Shown here piece by piece: positions 13,920 through 26,299 of a stretch of DNA of 64,000 nt. A model generated the notes under the pieces. That model had not been told where the DNA came from, did not search any database, and saw only the letters and a program-made list of their open reading frames with translations. The position numbers were made by a program, and so were the translations under genes. The DNA is from Octopus vulgaris (lineage: Eukaryota), in assembly GCA_951406725.2 (NCBI GenBank), contig OX597816.1, forward strand, positions 177,630,001 through 177,694,000, given 5' to 3'. The number at the start of each line of letters is the position of its first letter. The first letter of the stretch is position 1.

Positions 13920-14012
13920 TATAGGTCTGTTAGGATTACATGTTTTAATTACTATATTGTATTGAAACATTAGAACAAAGAAAAACATTTTGGACAACAT
14001 ATATTTGTTTCT

Positions 14013-14084
<72 letters not shown>

Positions 14085-14182
14085 TTACAGAAACAAATAT
14101 ATGTTGTCCAAAATGTTTTTTCCTTGTTCTAATGTTTCAATACTATAGAGTAATTAAAACATGTAATCCTAACAGACCTATA
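13920..14182. repeat. ~100-bp inverted arms around a (CT)n(TA)n spacer
   Basis: 13920-14018 is the reverse complement of 14083-14182 with a few mismatches. Confidence 0.9.
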
Positions 14183-14959
14183 TTGTTCTTTTTAAAACTG
14201 TTTAAACATAAGTTAACAAAATTAACAAAGAATTATAGGAAACTTCACCAAAATCATGTTGACGACGAGTGCAAAGTGTAAAATTAGGCATGTTAATTTA
14301 TTTTCCTTATCTGACTACACTGAATTATATATTTCTACATTTTTTCTCTCAGCTTACGAAATATTGTTTTACTTTTGAATGAGACAAGAAAAAAGACTTT
14401 AAATCACGTAGAAAATCATTACATGATGTTCTTGTAATGGTTTACGATAATATAGCAATGGATGAAATACTGTGGCATTACAGTGTTCGTATTGTATGTG
14501 TGTATGTCAGTGTATTGTATGTGTGTGTGTGTTATGTTGTATGCATGAATATGTGAATGCGTGTGAGTGATTCTTTAGTGTAGAGCAGTAGTAGTTGTTG
14601 TTGTTGCTACTACTGTTGTTGTTGTTGTGGATGTTATATTTTTAGCTTTTACTCGCTTTGCAATTTCAGGTTCATAAAGCAGGAAGTAAAATCTAGTACT
14701 CTGACCGGTAGTTACTCGCACGCACGCACTCACACAAACACACATGCACGCACACGCGCGCGCACATACACAAACAAACACTCATACAATGATGTGACTG
14801 CAGTGTGAAGAAGAATATGGAAAATGAGATTATACTAAAAGACACAATACTGAGAGTAATAAATCGTTTCTTCCAAGTTTCATCGATTTTGATCTTGAGA
14901 CAAATTTAATCACTAGAACAAGAAAAACTACAGAATAATACAATATGAAGAAAAGATTC

Positions 14960-15172
14960 CTTTTTTACTCTAGGTACAAAGCTCGAAACTTTTGTGCGAG
15001 GGGGTCTAGTCGATTAGATCGATCCCAGTACGCAAAAGGTACTTAATTTTCCGACCCCAAAAGGATGGAAGGTAAAGTCGACCTCGGCGGAATTTGAACT
15101 CAGAACGTAAAGACAGACGAAAACTGCTATACATTTCGCCCGGGATGCTAACGTTTCTGCCAGCTCGCCGCT
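14960..15172 (-). mobile_element. SINE family B (tRNA head + Meta-domain-like core)
   Basis: Reverse complement of ggcgagctggcagaa.cgttagc..gagttcaaattccgccgaggtcgacttt.cctt.catcc. Confidence 0.85.
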
Positions 15173-15346
15173 GGAATCCTTGCAGTTTTGATTGGATTCT
15201 ATAATAAATCGCTGTAAAACATTCGTTAGCAATGAAATCGCTGAGAGAAGCAGTTAACAGAAGACAATTGAGAAGAAAGTGTAAAATAGAATATACATAA
15301 AGAAAAAGAAGAAACTAAGTAAATAATGACTGGAGAAATGTATGTA

Positions 15347-15400
<54 letters not shown>

Positions 15401-15491
15401 TGTATGTATATATATATATATATATATTTATTTTATTTTATCTTTATTTTATCTAGTTTCAGCTCACGAGCTGTGGCCATGCTGGGGCACC

Positions 15492-15549
<58 letters not shown>

Positions 15550-15555
15550 TATATG

Positions 15556-15599
<44 letters not shown>

Positions 15600-16374
15600 C
15601 TTCGAGTAAAATTGCATGTATGTAGATAATATCTTAAGTGCACGCCAGTTGACGAATAAATAAACAAAATATACAATCAAATTTGAAAATTTAACAGATA
15701 GGTATTTTTCAATAATGGAGACAAGAAAACCAATATAGTTTCAACACTTTCTTAACGTTTATGATACTATGAGAATCAAAAGACAATAGATACTCAAGAG
15801 AGTGTTTACACGTTGTTAAATGTCCAGTCTTTCAAGTTTTGAAACAAAATATACAGTTTCTTAGTTAGTTTTAATATAAAACTTCCGTGTCTATATGATG
15901 TCAAAAATTCTAGCACTGAATAATTTATCTTAAATCTATGTGGGCCTGTATCTCTAGAAACACTATATGCTTCAACAATGTTATGACGATTGGATTTGTA
16001 AGTTGATAAAAGCCAACTTCAAAATCATATTCATTTAATTCTGCTTAGGATTGTTGTTCAGTGGTTCTTTGTACAGTATGCTGATTTTGCTAGACTTTTA
16101 CTATTACGTGAGCAATTAGTACGGTTGTAATAATTTCAGGCAAGTGCAGAAATTGTATGAGAAAATCGTTTCGTATTGTAATTTCTTGTGAAACATGATG
16201 AATTTTTCATTGAGCATAGATAAACTATAATCAATTTTCTTTGAAGAATTTTGTTGCATTTGTTATTCGGTGGAAAGTGAAAAGATATAAAATTACCAAA
16301 ACATTTAACTGTGTTAATTCTATTATACATGAGTCTGAACAACACAATTTCTCATTTCTTATCTTAGAGCTACT

Positions 16375-16580
16375 CCTCTCTACTGTAGGCTCAAGGACTA
16401 AAATTTTAAAGGAGGGGGAAGTCGATTTCATCGACACCAGTATTTGACTGGTATTTATTTTATCGAAACCGAAAGGATGAAAGGCAAAGTCGACCTCAGT
16501 GGAATTTGGACTCAGAATGTATCACGTCGGACGAAATGCCGCTAAGCATTTTGTCCGGTGTGCTACGATTCTTGTCGCCT
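16375..16580 (-). mobile_element. SINE family B
   Basis: aaaggatgaaaggcaaagtcgacctc core, as in the other copies. Confidence 0.8.
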
Positions 16581-16733
16581 TAGAGTAGCATTGTAATAAT
16601 GAAATGCACTGGTAAACGTAGCTTAATCTGAAGGTGATTGTAGATTCTTACTAATGATAGAAACCATATGCAACATGAGTCGTTAGAGTGTAATTCCGCT
16701 TCCATTCGTGGAAATCGATCTTTAAATTTACTA

Positions 16734-17277
16734 CCGTATTTTCCGGTCTATAAAACGCATCGGTATTTAAGCCACAGAGCCGAATTTTGGAGAAAGTTTT
16801 AGCTTTATCCACACATAAAGCGCACCGGTGTTTAAAAGATATATAGAGCTATGGGTCCTCAGCTAACTTTTTTGTTATTGACGAGTACGTAGTTTCAAGA
16901 TGCCTTATTTCACAACTATGTGATGTATTGTTATTGTTATAATTTTATCTTACTATAATCAACAACAAACACATTTCGTTAATATTAAAGTCTTTATTGG
17001 ATTAAAAATAACATTACCAAAACATGAAGGTAAAACAAAATAAATATGCTTTGTTTTCTTCCAGACACCAATGTTACTGTAGCAGTAGTCATCTTTCACG
17101 TTGTTCACCGATCGACCTTTCCTCTGAAAAAAATCAGTGGAATCATTCGATCTCCATACACAAATTATTTTCCCCGTGAAACTTATAAAAAATACACACA
17201 TTAGGCGCACCTTCTCTATAAGCCGCACACGTAATTCCCCAGGTACAAAACAGTGGCTTATACACCCGAAAATACGG
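16734..17277. mobile_element. Non-autonomous Tc2/pogo-like DNA transposon (MITE)
   Basis: TA|CCGTATTTTC ... GAAAATACGG|TA termini with subterminal taagcc/ggctta motifs. Confidence 0.75.
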
Positions 17278-17524
17278 TAATCCTTTATGTTTACATGTGA
17301 AACAAACCCTAGATATTAAACAAATCTTCTTTGAACTATATTCTGCTAACACACTTTTTAACGGATAAGATTGTTCGTATGGCCTCTGTGGTCCCTCCGA
17401 AATCGGTGAGATTGGAGATCTAAACATTCCGCTTAAACAGCATTACATTCTAAGCTACACTCTACAACACATTCTTTTTCTCTTTAGTTAACGTAAAGAG
17501 AGAAAATCTAAATGCCAATCTTTT

Positions 17525-17665
17525 CACCCTGAAGACGGAGGCCGGTTTTACGGCAATATTTATATACATCCACTACTAGCTGCATATCTTTGATTTTTTG
17601 CACACTCCATCTGCCAACTTTACTAATGTTACCTAATTTCGAGACACTCAGAAACGGTTGTCGGA
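17525..17665 (+). ncRNA. Degenerate hammerhead with ~105-nt loop II
   Basis: CC CTGAAGA CGGAG...CTCA GAAAC GGTT GTC GG. Confidence 0.5.
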
Positions 17666-18045
17666 CCTAAAATACCACGCTGTCTGCTCTTAGATTTCTG
17701 TAATTTTTTGTACACCATCTAAATTATTATTTTGTAAATATATAAATGTCAATATGCATATACAAAAATATTCATCTCAATACTTTCAGTTTTTATTCCC
17801 CTCTCTCTCTATATCCCTATATATTTACAAGTGTATATATATGTATATTTTATATATCAAGCTCATCCGTGTTTATCTGCATCACTATCTCCATATCAGC
17901 TCACCTAGATTCCTCTTATAGCCACACCTTACGCCGCGGAGTCAGCCCTCGATAAGGGCTTAGGAGTGTAACTTCAAATCATTTGAGCATTTCTGTGTGT
18001 TCTATACTGAGCCTCTCTGGATGTCACCAGTCGACTATATGTATG

Positions 18046-18166
<121 letters not shown>

Positions 18167-18212
18167 GAAATATGTTACGAAAAGAAAATATGAAATACAC
18201 GTGGAAATGTAA

Positions 18213-18619
18213 GGGTAAAATATGAAAAATCAACGAAAATGCACATTGCAAATAGAAAGAGGCTATTTATGACAGGTAACGACAAATATATACATCTAGG
18301 TTGACTGAGGTAGTAATACGAGTCATAAAAGTCATTATTATGAGATGATTATAAGATGATAATAAAGTAAGAGAACAAAACGGACCATGGTTTACGCAAA
18401 GCTATTCATCGTTTGAACAATGATGAATAGCTTTGCATAAATCATTGGTTCGTTTTGTTCTCTTACTTTATTATCATCTTATAATCATCTCATAATAATG
18501 ACTTTTATGACTCGTATTACTACCTCAGTCAACCTAGATGTATATATTTGTCGTTACCTGTCATAAATAGCCTCTTTCTATTTGCAATGTGCATTTTCGA
18601 TGGTTTTTTCATATTTTAC

Positions 18620-18621
<2 letters not shown>
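18213..18621. repeat. ~200-bp-arm fold-back palindrome, 9-nt loop, flanked by (TA)n
   Basis: Arms read as reverse complements around ~18416; the core region agaaagaggctatttatgacagg..atgataataaagtaagagaacaaaacg is nearly exact. Confidence 0.92.
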
Positions 18622-18686
<65 letters not shown>

Positions 18687-18862
18687 GATAAGTTTCTTTA
18701 TTGGCCACACAGGGCTGCACACAGATGGGACAAGTTACAAGGTAGAGCTTTTCTTTTGGGGGATGAAAAAAACAAAAAACAAAAGAAACAAAAAAAAGGG
18801 GTGGCGTAGGTTTTCGATCAAGAGGGATCGTAAAAGGGAAGAAAAGAACAAAAAAAAAAATA

Positions 18863-19180
<318 letters not shown>

Positions 19181-19249
19181 TATATATGTATATATATATG
19201 TGTGTGTGTGTGTACGTATGTATACACACACACACACACACACACACAT

Positions 19250-19307
<58 letters not shown>

Positions 19308-19379
19308 AGAGAGAGATACACTTACACAAATATATATATATATGTGTATTATCATTACCATTATCATCAACATCAACAT

Positions 19380-19995
19380 CATTATCATCTTCATCATCAC
19401 CATTTAATGTCCGTTGTTCATGCTGGCATGGGTTGGATGATTTGACCAGGGCTGGTAAGCTGAGGGGCTGCACCAGACTCTAGTCTGATTTGGCATGGTT
19501 TTTACGACTGGATGCCCTTCCTAACGCCAACCACTCCGAGAGTGTAATGAGAGATTTTGCGTGCCACCGGCATGCATGCTAGTTGCGTGATCCCACTATT
19601 TGCCACGACTACGATTTCACTTCGCTTTATGGGTCTGCTTCTCAAGCACAACATTTTGGCTTGACGGGTCTTCTCAAGCACGGCATGTAATCAAAGGTCT
19701 CGGTCACTAGCTATCGCCACCCTGAGGCTCAACGTTCGAAGATCATGCTTCACCACCTCGTCTCATGTCTTCCCGAGTCTTCCTCTTCTACAGCTTCCCT
19801 CCACTGTTAGAAATCGACACTTTTTCACACAGTTGTCACATCTATACGCATCACATGACCATACCAACGCAGTCGTCTTTCTTGCACACTACATCTGATG
19901 CTTCTTGGCCCAACTTTTCTGTCGAGGCGCTTATACTCAATCGTACATGCACACTGACATTGCACATTCAGGATGCATACTAACTTCATTCTTTC
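19380..19995 (-). mobile_element. 5'-truncated RTE-clade LINE (RT C-terminus + 3' UTR + (GAT)n tail)
   Basis: ERRLRWYGHVMR motif; 3' UTR ggatgcccttcctaacgccaacc also at 21295-21540. Confidence 0.8.
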
Positions 19996-20028
19996 ATAAA
20001 TACATACATACACACAAATACATATATA

Positions 20029-21272
20029 TTAGGTTGTTTCACACGAAAAGTCGCATTTTTAATTACTTGTTATTTTAATGATTTAAAAACTAAATTTTGT
20101 ATACCTTGCATTTAATCTTGACTCTTTTCCCTTCCAAACAATATTGGTATACAAAATTCGTACCCACAGACGTTATGAAAATGATAACAACCAAACTATG
20201 TTGAGTGATTTTTTCGTATGAGTACAAATTGGGTCACTCTGCTGCAGAAGCTCTTCGGATTATCAAACAGGCTTTTGGTAATGGTTTTGTTGACAGAACT
20301 GTTCAGAGATGGTTCCAAAGCTCTCGTTCAAGAGATGATAGCATTGAGAATAAACCAAAGGGTAAGCCAAAATGGGTTATTCGGTATGATGCATTAAATG
20401 CTTTCGTTGAGCAAAATCCGAGAACAAAAGTTCGAAAACTTTCATCAGAACCCCAAACATCTCGTACAACTGTTTTTGGACACCTGTAAAAAACTGGAAA
20501 AGTCAAGGAAACGGATAGGTTTGTTCCACATCAACAGAATGAGATTAAAGAAAAAAAATACAAATGCCTCGAAGTGTGCTCCTTATTGCTTTCTCGACTA
20601 GAAAAAGACAATTTTTGCATAAAATCATTACTTGTGATGAGAAATGGATACTTCTTTTTGACAACAGCAGGAAAACAGAACAGTGATTAGATGCAGGAGA
20701 GTCACCTAAACACTACCCAAACCCACCATTGCACCCTAAACTAAAAAGTTAGTGGTTACTGTATGGTGGTCTGCGAAGGGAGTTATTCATTATTCATTTT
20801 TGCAACAAGGAAAAACGTTAACAGTATCATCGTATTGCCAGGAAATTGATTGTATGCATTTGAAAAAGAAGCAACCCAGACTAGTGAATAGAGATGGCCC
20901 AATTTTGCTCCACGACAATGCACGTCCTCACACTCCTCAAGCTACAGTCCAAAAGTTGCAAAACCTGAATTATGATATTTTACTACATCCTTCCTATTCC
21001 CCTGATATCTTTCCTGCTGAGCATTTTGAGCTTTTCATAAACAATAAAACATTCTTAAATAGAGAAGAGGTAATTGAAGCATTCGGACAGTTTATCACAG
21101 CAAAAGATGAATATATTTTTTTTAATGATGGAATATATGACATAGAGAAACGTTGGGTAAACGTCATAAATCAACATGGATCATACTTTGATTAAATAAA
21201 TCAGTTCTCTAACACTTCTGAAACATTTTATTGTTACCTTTCAAAATTGACATTTCACGTGAAACAAACTAA
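20029..21272 (+). mobile_element. Mariner transposon, near full length, transposase pseudogene
   Basis: TA-flanked ~28-bp TIRs (ttaggttgtttcacacgaaa / tttcacgtgaaacaaactaa). HTH RTVQRWF, TCDEKW, HDNARPH, HPSYSPD; stops and frameshifts. Confidence 0.92.
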
Positions 21273-21294
21273 TATATATGTAATCATGTAATAA

Positions 21295-21540
21295 CCATCA
21301 TCATCATTTAACGTCCACTCTCCAGGCTGACACGGGTTAGACAGTTTGATTGGAACTGATGAGCCGGAGAGCTGCACAAAGTTCCAATCTGGTTTAGTAC
21401 GATTTCTACAGTTGGTTGCCCTTCCTAACGCCAACCACTCCAGGAGTGTAATGGGTGCTTTTACGTGCCATTTACATGACACCGGCAACGACCTCGACTA
21501 CGATGCAGGGGTGCCATTTATATGGCACTGGTGATGCGTA
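21295..21540 (-). mobile_element. RTE 3'-UTR-related fragment
   Basis: Similar to 19395-19620. Confidence 0.7.
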
Positions 21541-21671
21541 TGTATATATGTATGCATGTTTGCATGTATGGTTCTGACTTGATAATATTAGGCGAACGTA
21601 AGATTTCTCATGAGTTTTAATTCACTTTTATTTAATAGAGTAGAAAGGTAACAAAAAGTGGAAGGGTGCCA

Positions 21672-21703
<32 letters not shown>

Positions 21704-22034
21704 GTGTGTGTTTGTTAAGGATGTAACTATGATCCGAGTGCAAGCTATTAGTTTTGTATAATCCCTTGCAATGTTAACTTATATGTTTCTAAGTCTGTTT
21801 GATACTAACAGAAGTCGTGGCACCGATGGATAAAGTGATCCTGTCTATAACTGTGGAAACTTGTTGATATCTGTTTGGCAGCTGAGGAGAAAATTACTGA
21901 TTTTGTTAAGTTTATCCCATAGTTGGTTATGTTTCTAAAATAATGAGAATAACTGCATCCTTTATATTTGCTATGCTGGATTGTGAAGCTTGTTTGTTGT
22001 GCTTTGCTGTAGCCTTATTTAGTCTTTTAAGTTC

Positions 22035-22459
22035 ATAAATGCATGCCTGTATTTGCATATATATATATATATATGCATGCGTGTATTTGCATGAGCATAT
22101 ATGCATGACTGTGTGTGTGTGTTTACATGTGCATATGTCTTTGTATGTATGTGTATATGTGTGTGCGTGCGCGCACGCATAGTTTTCTTCAAACTGAATA
22201 ACCTAAACCAGTATCGATCCAAAGAGATATAAAATATACCAACCTAAAAGAGTTTTAGGTTGGTATATTTTATATCTCTTTGGATCGATACTGGTTTAGG
22301 TTATTCAGTTTGAAGAAAACTATGCGTGCGCGCGCACACACATATACACATACATACAAAGACATATGCACATGTAAACACACACACACAGTCATGCATA
22401 TATGCTCATGCAAATACACGCATGCATATATATATATATATATGCAAATACAGACATGC

Positions 22460-22465
<6 letters not shown>
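22035..22465. repeat. ~215-bp-arm palindrome with 3-nt loop (GAG 22250-22252)
   Basis: atataccaacctaaaa-gag-ttttaggttggtatat; the ORF track shows the same peptide on both strands (22019-22222 minus, 22280-22588 plus). Confidence 0.95.
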
Positions 22466-22526
<61 letters not shown>

Positions 22527-22529
<3 letters not shown>

Positions 22530-22735
22530 AATCCCCAAACGAAGAACAAACACAAAAAAACAACAACGCGAGGACATGGTACATGTAAAGTATTAGCAGA
22601 CATTAAGGAAGGAAAGAAAGATGGTTTAACATTTCGTGCAGACGCTCTTCTTCGGAAACAGAAGTCCAGTAGAAGAGAAGACGGAGGAAGAAAACCGCCA
22701 ACGATTCACATGTGGTTACATTTTGAAAAAAATGT
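22527..22735 (-). mobile_element. Short repeat family (second copy 61380-61565) with a hammerhead-like motif at 22624-22660
   Basis: Minus: GTTT CCGAAGA A GAGC-GTCT-GCAC GAAAT GTT AAAC. Confidence 0.65.
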
Positions 22736-22743
22736 ACATGTAT

Positions 22744-22840
<97 letters not shown>

Positions 22841-22895
22841 CGTGTGTGTGTATGTGTGTATGTATATACATACATACACACACACACACACACGA

Positions 22896-22942
<47 letters not shown>

Positions 22943-22964
22943 GAAGAACGTTTATAGTTATGAA

Positions 22965-23606
22965 CAAGTCACAATTATAACTAAAAAAAGATAAAACCGC
23001 TATAAAGCCATTTTATCACTCATATTATTTCTCTTCACGATAAAAACATAATTATTTATAATATATCCTCCGTAATGTTTTATTACATTACTTGCTAATT
23101 ATTTCATTTTCCCCAGCTCATATCCGGTGATTTTGCCGTGGCTCGAATTTACTGGTCTTTTCACATAAACGCTGTGCATGGCATTTGAATTAAAAACTTG
23201 ACTGTGTAGATAGAGGTTGGAACATTTCTCTTGCCGGTCGAGATTTATGCTATCCCCAATGTAAAGTCTTGTTTTGATTTCTATCTATAGGAATATTTCC
23301 CCTGAAGAGACAAATGTGTCCCTTAAGAAGTCCATAACCTTGAAATTGCAATAGGGAATTAACCAGTTATTTTTAAGCTGCAGATTCTATTTGTCATGTC
23401 GACCGAAGACAGTTTTTAACACGAAGAGAAATAATATGAGTGATAAAATGACTTTATAGCGGTTTTGGATGCTACTTTTAATATGTGATGGTTTTGAAAC
23501 CCTCTTAGTTATAATTGTGATAACATGTTTGGCCATTGATATATTCATAAATAAGCTTAATTATCTATAAAATATCCTACGTAACGTTTTATTACATTAC
23601 TTTCTA

Positions 23607-23610
<4 letters not shown>
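22965..23610 (+). mobile_element. Non-coding element with inverted (22965-23050 / 23410-23520) and direct (23057-23100 / 23566-23610) terminal duplications, PLE pseudo-LTR-like
   Basis: aaaaccgctataaagccattttatcactcatattatt vs aataatatgagtgataaaatgactttatagcggtttt; atatcctccgtaatgttttattacattact repeated directly. Confidence 0.7.
23297..23358 (+). ncRNA. Type I minimal hammerhead ribozyme
   Basis: TTCCC CTGAAGA GA...TT GAAAT TGCA ATA GGGAA. 5-bp stem I, palindromic ATTGCAAT stem III, AUA triplet; stem II weak. Confidence 0.75.
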
Positions 23611-23648
<38 letters not shown>

Positions 23649-23649
23649 A

Positions 23650-24512
23650 TAAAGAAACCTCTAACTAACCTTGCTATTATATTATATTAATATTTGATAT
23701 TTACGTAAGTAATAATGGACTAATTAATTTATTTATTTTTCATTATATGTCTATATATTTATTTATAGAGTAAATTTTAGATCTTAATTATTATATTTAT
23801 TGATAATAATTTAGTTATTATTCTTAAATATTTTATAATTATTAGATTTGAACTTTAATTTAAAAATATGAATAGTGATTATCTTGTTAAATAATTTGGT
23901 AATTAGATATTGGACTATAACTGAGTTTATTATGTTTTTTTAAAGCCATATTATATCTTAATAGATAAATACATATTTCTATCTATTTTTTTACCTTAAA
24001 AATAAATATTTAACATAATAAATGGGTTGTATGACATAATCCTAATGTTTTAAGTTTCTAATTTAGATAATAGAGTTTTTTATAAGAAAAATTATTATTT
24101 TATTTATTTCTTAAAAAATATTGTTTAACTCTATTTGCTTATTTATTTAACTATTATCATTAACCTTAAGATTGACTTTAATTATAATTTTAATTCGAAT
24201 TTATAATTGAATTTAAACTTAATTGTAATTCGAATTGAATTATAGCCATGAAACGTACGTAGTGTTTTTACTTATATTATATTTAACTTTTTTTTTATAC
24301 TTTTTCGTTAGTTATATAAGAAAAAAAGAATTAAAAATATGAAAATTTAAAAATATAAAAATATAAATTTAAAAATTTAAAATTTTGATAATTTAAATTT
24401 TAAATTTTATATTTTATATATATATCATATATTATATTAATTATATCTATTTTTTGTTTCTTATGTTTTGGTTTATGTCTATCACTGTTTGAGTTGCTTA
24501 ATAGTGGTTTTA
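23650..24512. mobile_element. Non-autonomous derivative of the AT-rich PLE, with a mutated hammerhead at 24161-24265
   Basis: 24070-24510 is a direct copy of 13140-13600; 23880-23950 is an inverted copy of ~8850-8930. CTTAAGA...ATAGCCAT GAAAC GTAC GTA GTG. Confidence 0.75.
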
Positions 24513-24676
24513 TAGGTGCAGGAGTGGCTGTGTGGTAAGTAGCTTGTTTACCAACCATATGGCTCCAGGTTCAGTCCCACTGCGTGACATCTTGGGCAAG
24601 TGTCTTCTACTATATCCTTGGGCCGATCAAAGCCTTGTGAGTGGATTTGGTAGACGGAAACTGAAAGAAGCCTGTC

Positions 24677-24760
<84 letters not shown>

Positions 24761-24975
24761 ATGTTTGTGTGTCTGTGTTTGTTCCCCTAGCATTGCTTGA
24801 CAACCGATGCTGGCGTGTTTATGTCCCCGTCACTTAGCGGTTCGGCAGAAGACACCAATAGAATAAGTACTGGACTTACAAAAGAATAAGTCCCGGGGTC
24901 GAGTTGCTCGATTAAAGGCGGTGCTCCAGCATGGCCGCAGTCAAATAACTGAAACAAGTAAAAGAGTAAAAGAGT
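24513..24975 (+). mobile_element. tRNA-derived SINE family A, full length, with internal (TA)n(TG)n
   Basis: A box tggctgtgtggta, B box ggttcagtccc, CORE-like cttgggcaagtg. Confidence 0.88.
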
Positions 24976-25049
24976 ATATATATATATATATATACGTAGA
25001 CAAAAACATACAAATACACTCACATTCACATACATATATATATCTGTCT

Positions 25050-25263
25050 TTTTTACTCTTTTTTACTTGTTTCAGTCAATTTGACTGCGGCCATGCTGGA
25101 GCATCGCCTTTATTCGAGCAACTCGACCCCGGGACTTATTCTTTGTAAGCCCAGTACTTATTCTATCAGTCTCTTTTGCCGAACCGCTAAGTGACAGGCA
25201 CATAAACACACCAGCATCGGTTGTCAAGCAATGCTAGGGGGACAAACACAGACACATAAACTT

Positions 25264-25304
<41 letters not shown>

Positions 25305-25487
25305 TATATATGTATATATATATATATATATACATATATACGACGGGCTTCTTTCAGTTTCCGTCTACCAAATCCACTCCAAAGGCTTTGGTCGGCCCGA
25401 GGCTATAGTAGAAGACACTTGCCCAAGGTGCCACGCAGTGGGACTGAACCCGGAACCATGTGGTTGGTAAACAAGCTACTTACCACA
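25050..25487 (-). mobile_element. SINE family A, tail-to-tail with the preceding copy
   Basis: Reverse complement of 24535-24975. Confidence 0.88.
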
Positions 25488-25559
25488 TATATATATTACA
25501 TACATATAACGGCGGTGCATCAGCATGGCCGCAGCTCTGAGCTGAAACTAGAAAAAAAA

Positions 25560-25705
25560 TAAGAGGGATGACCTCTAAGTGAACATCCATTATGCTAGAA
25601 GTCGACCCCTATGGTCTTATCACTAAGAAAGGTATGTTTCTTAGTGGTAAGACCGTAAGTCGACTTCTAGCATAATGGATGTGCACTTAGTGGCCATCCC
25701 TCTTA
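25560..25705. repeat. ~70-bp-arm palindrome; internally deleted relative of 47078-47395
   Basis: gggatgacctctaagtg..cattatgctagaagtcgac arms, and the same right flank (tttttctgaatcttcagatttt) as at 47400-47440. Confidence 0.85.
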
Positions 25706-25823
25706 TATGTATGTAATATAATTTTTCTGAATCTTCAGATTTTCCTATATGCTAGAACACTGGTTTGAAATTGATATTAATCAAATTAATATTCAGTTTT
25801 TCAACCTTATTATTTTAAACACA

Positions 25824-25936
<113 letters not shown>

Positions 25937-26299
25937 ATGTACACACATATACACAGTCATATATATATTTTTATACACACGCACGGAAGTTCCTACTGGA
26001 CAATCTATTAAGGGCCATAAACCAACTCTGTGGGTTGTGCAAAGTCCATGTCTGACTGAAGGAGACATGGTGCCGAAACAGTGAAGTTGGCAGAGCTAAA
26101 TAACCAGAATTATGCCAGGCGGCATTTATACCAGGTTGTCAGAAAAAAAAGCTTGGTGTCAGGTTTACAAAGAAAATAGTGAAGTAGAGAGTAAGAAGTT
26201 TGTCAGTGTTGTGCAATGTGAGAATGAAAGCAGGAGGTCTTTGCTGACTGCAAGATAATAAGTACATAAGAGACAAGGGAGAAAATTATAGGCGAGAAA

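Noticed and set aside
26050-26095. CTGAAGG..GCC GAAAC AGTGAA GTT hammerhead-like string
   Set aside because: Core mismatch, non-cleavable GUU triplet and no stem I; too degenerate to call
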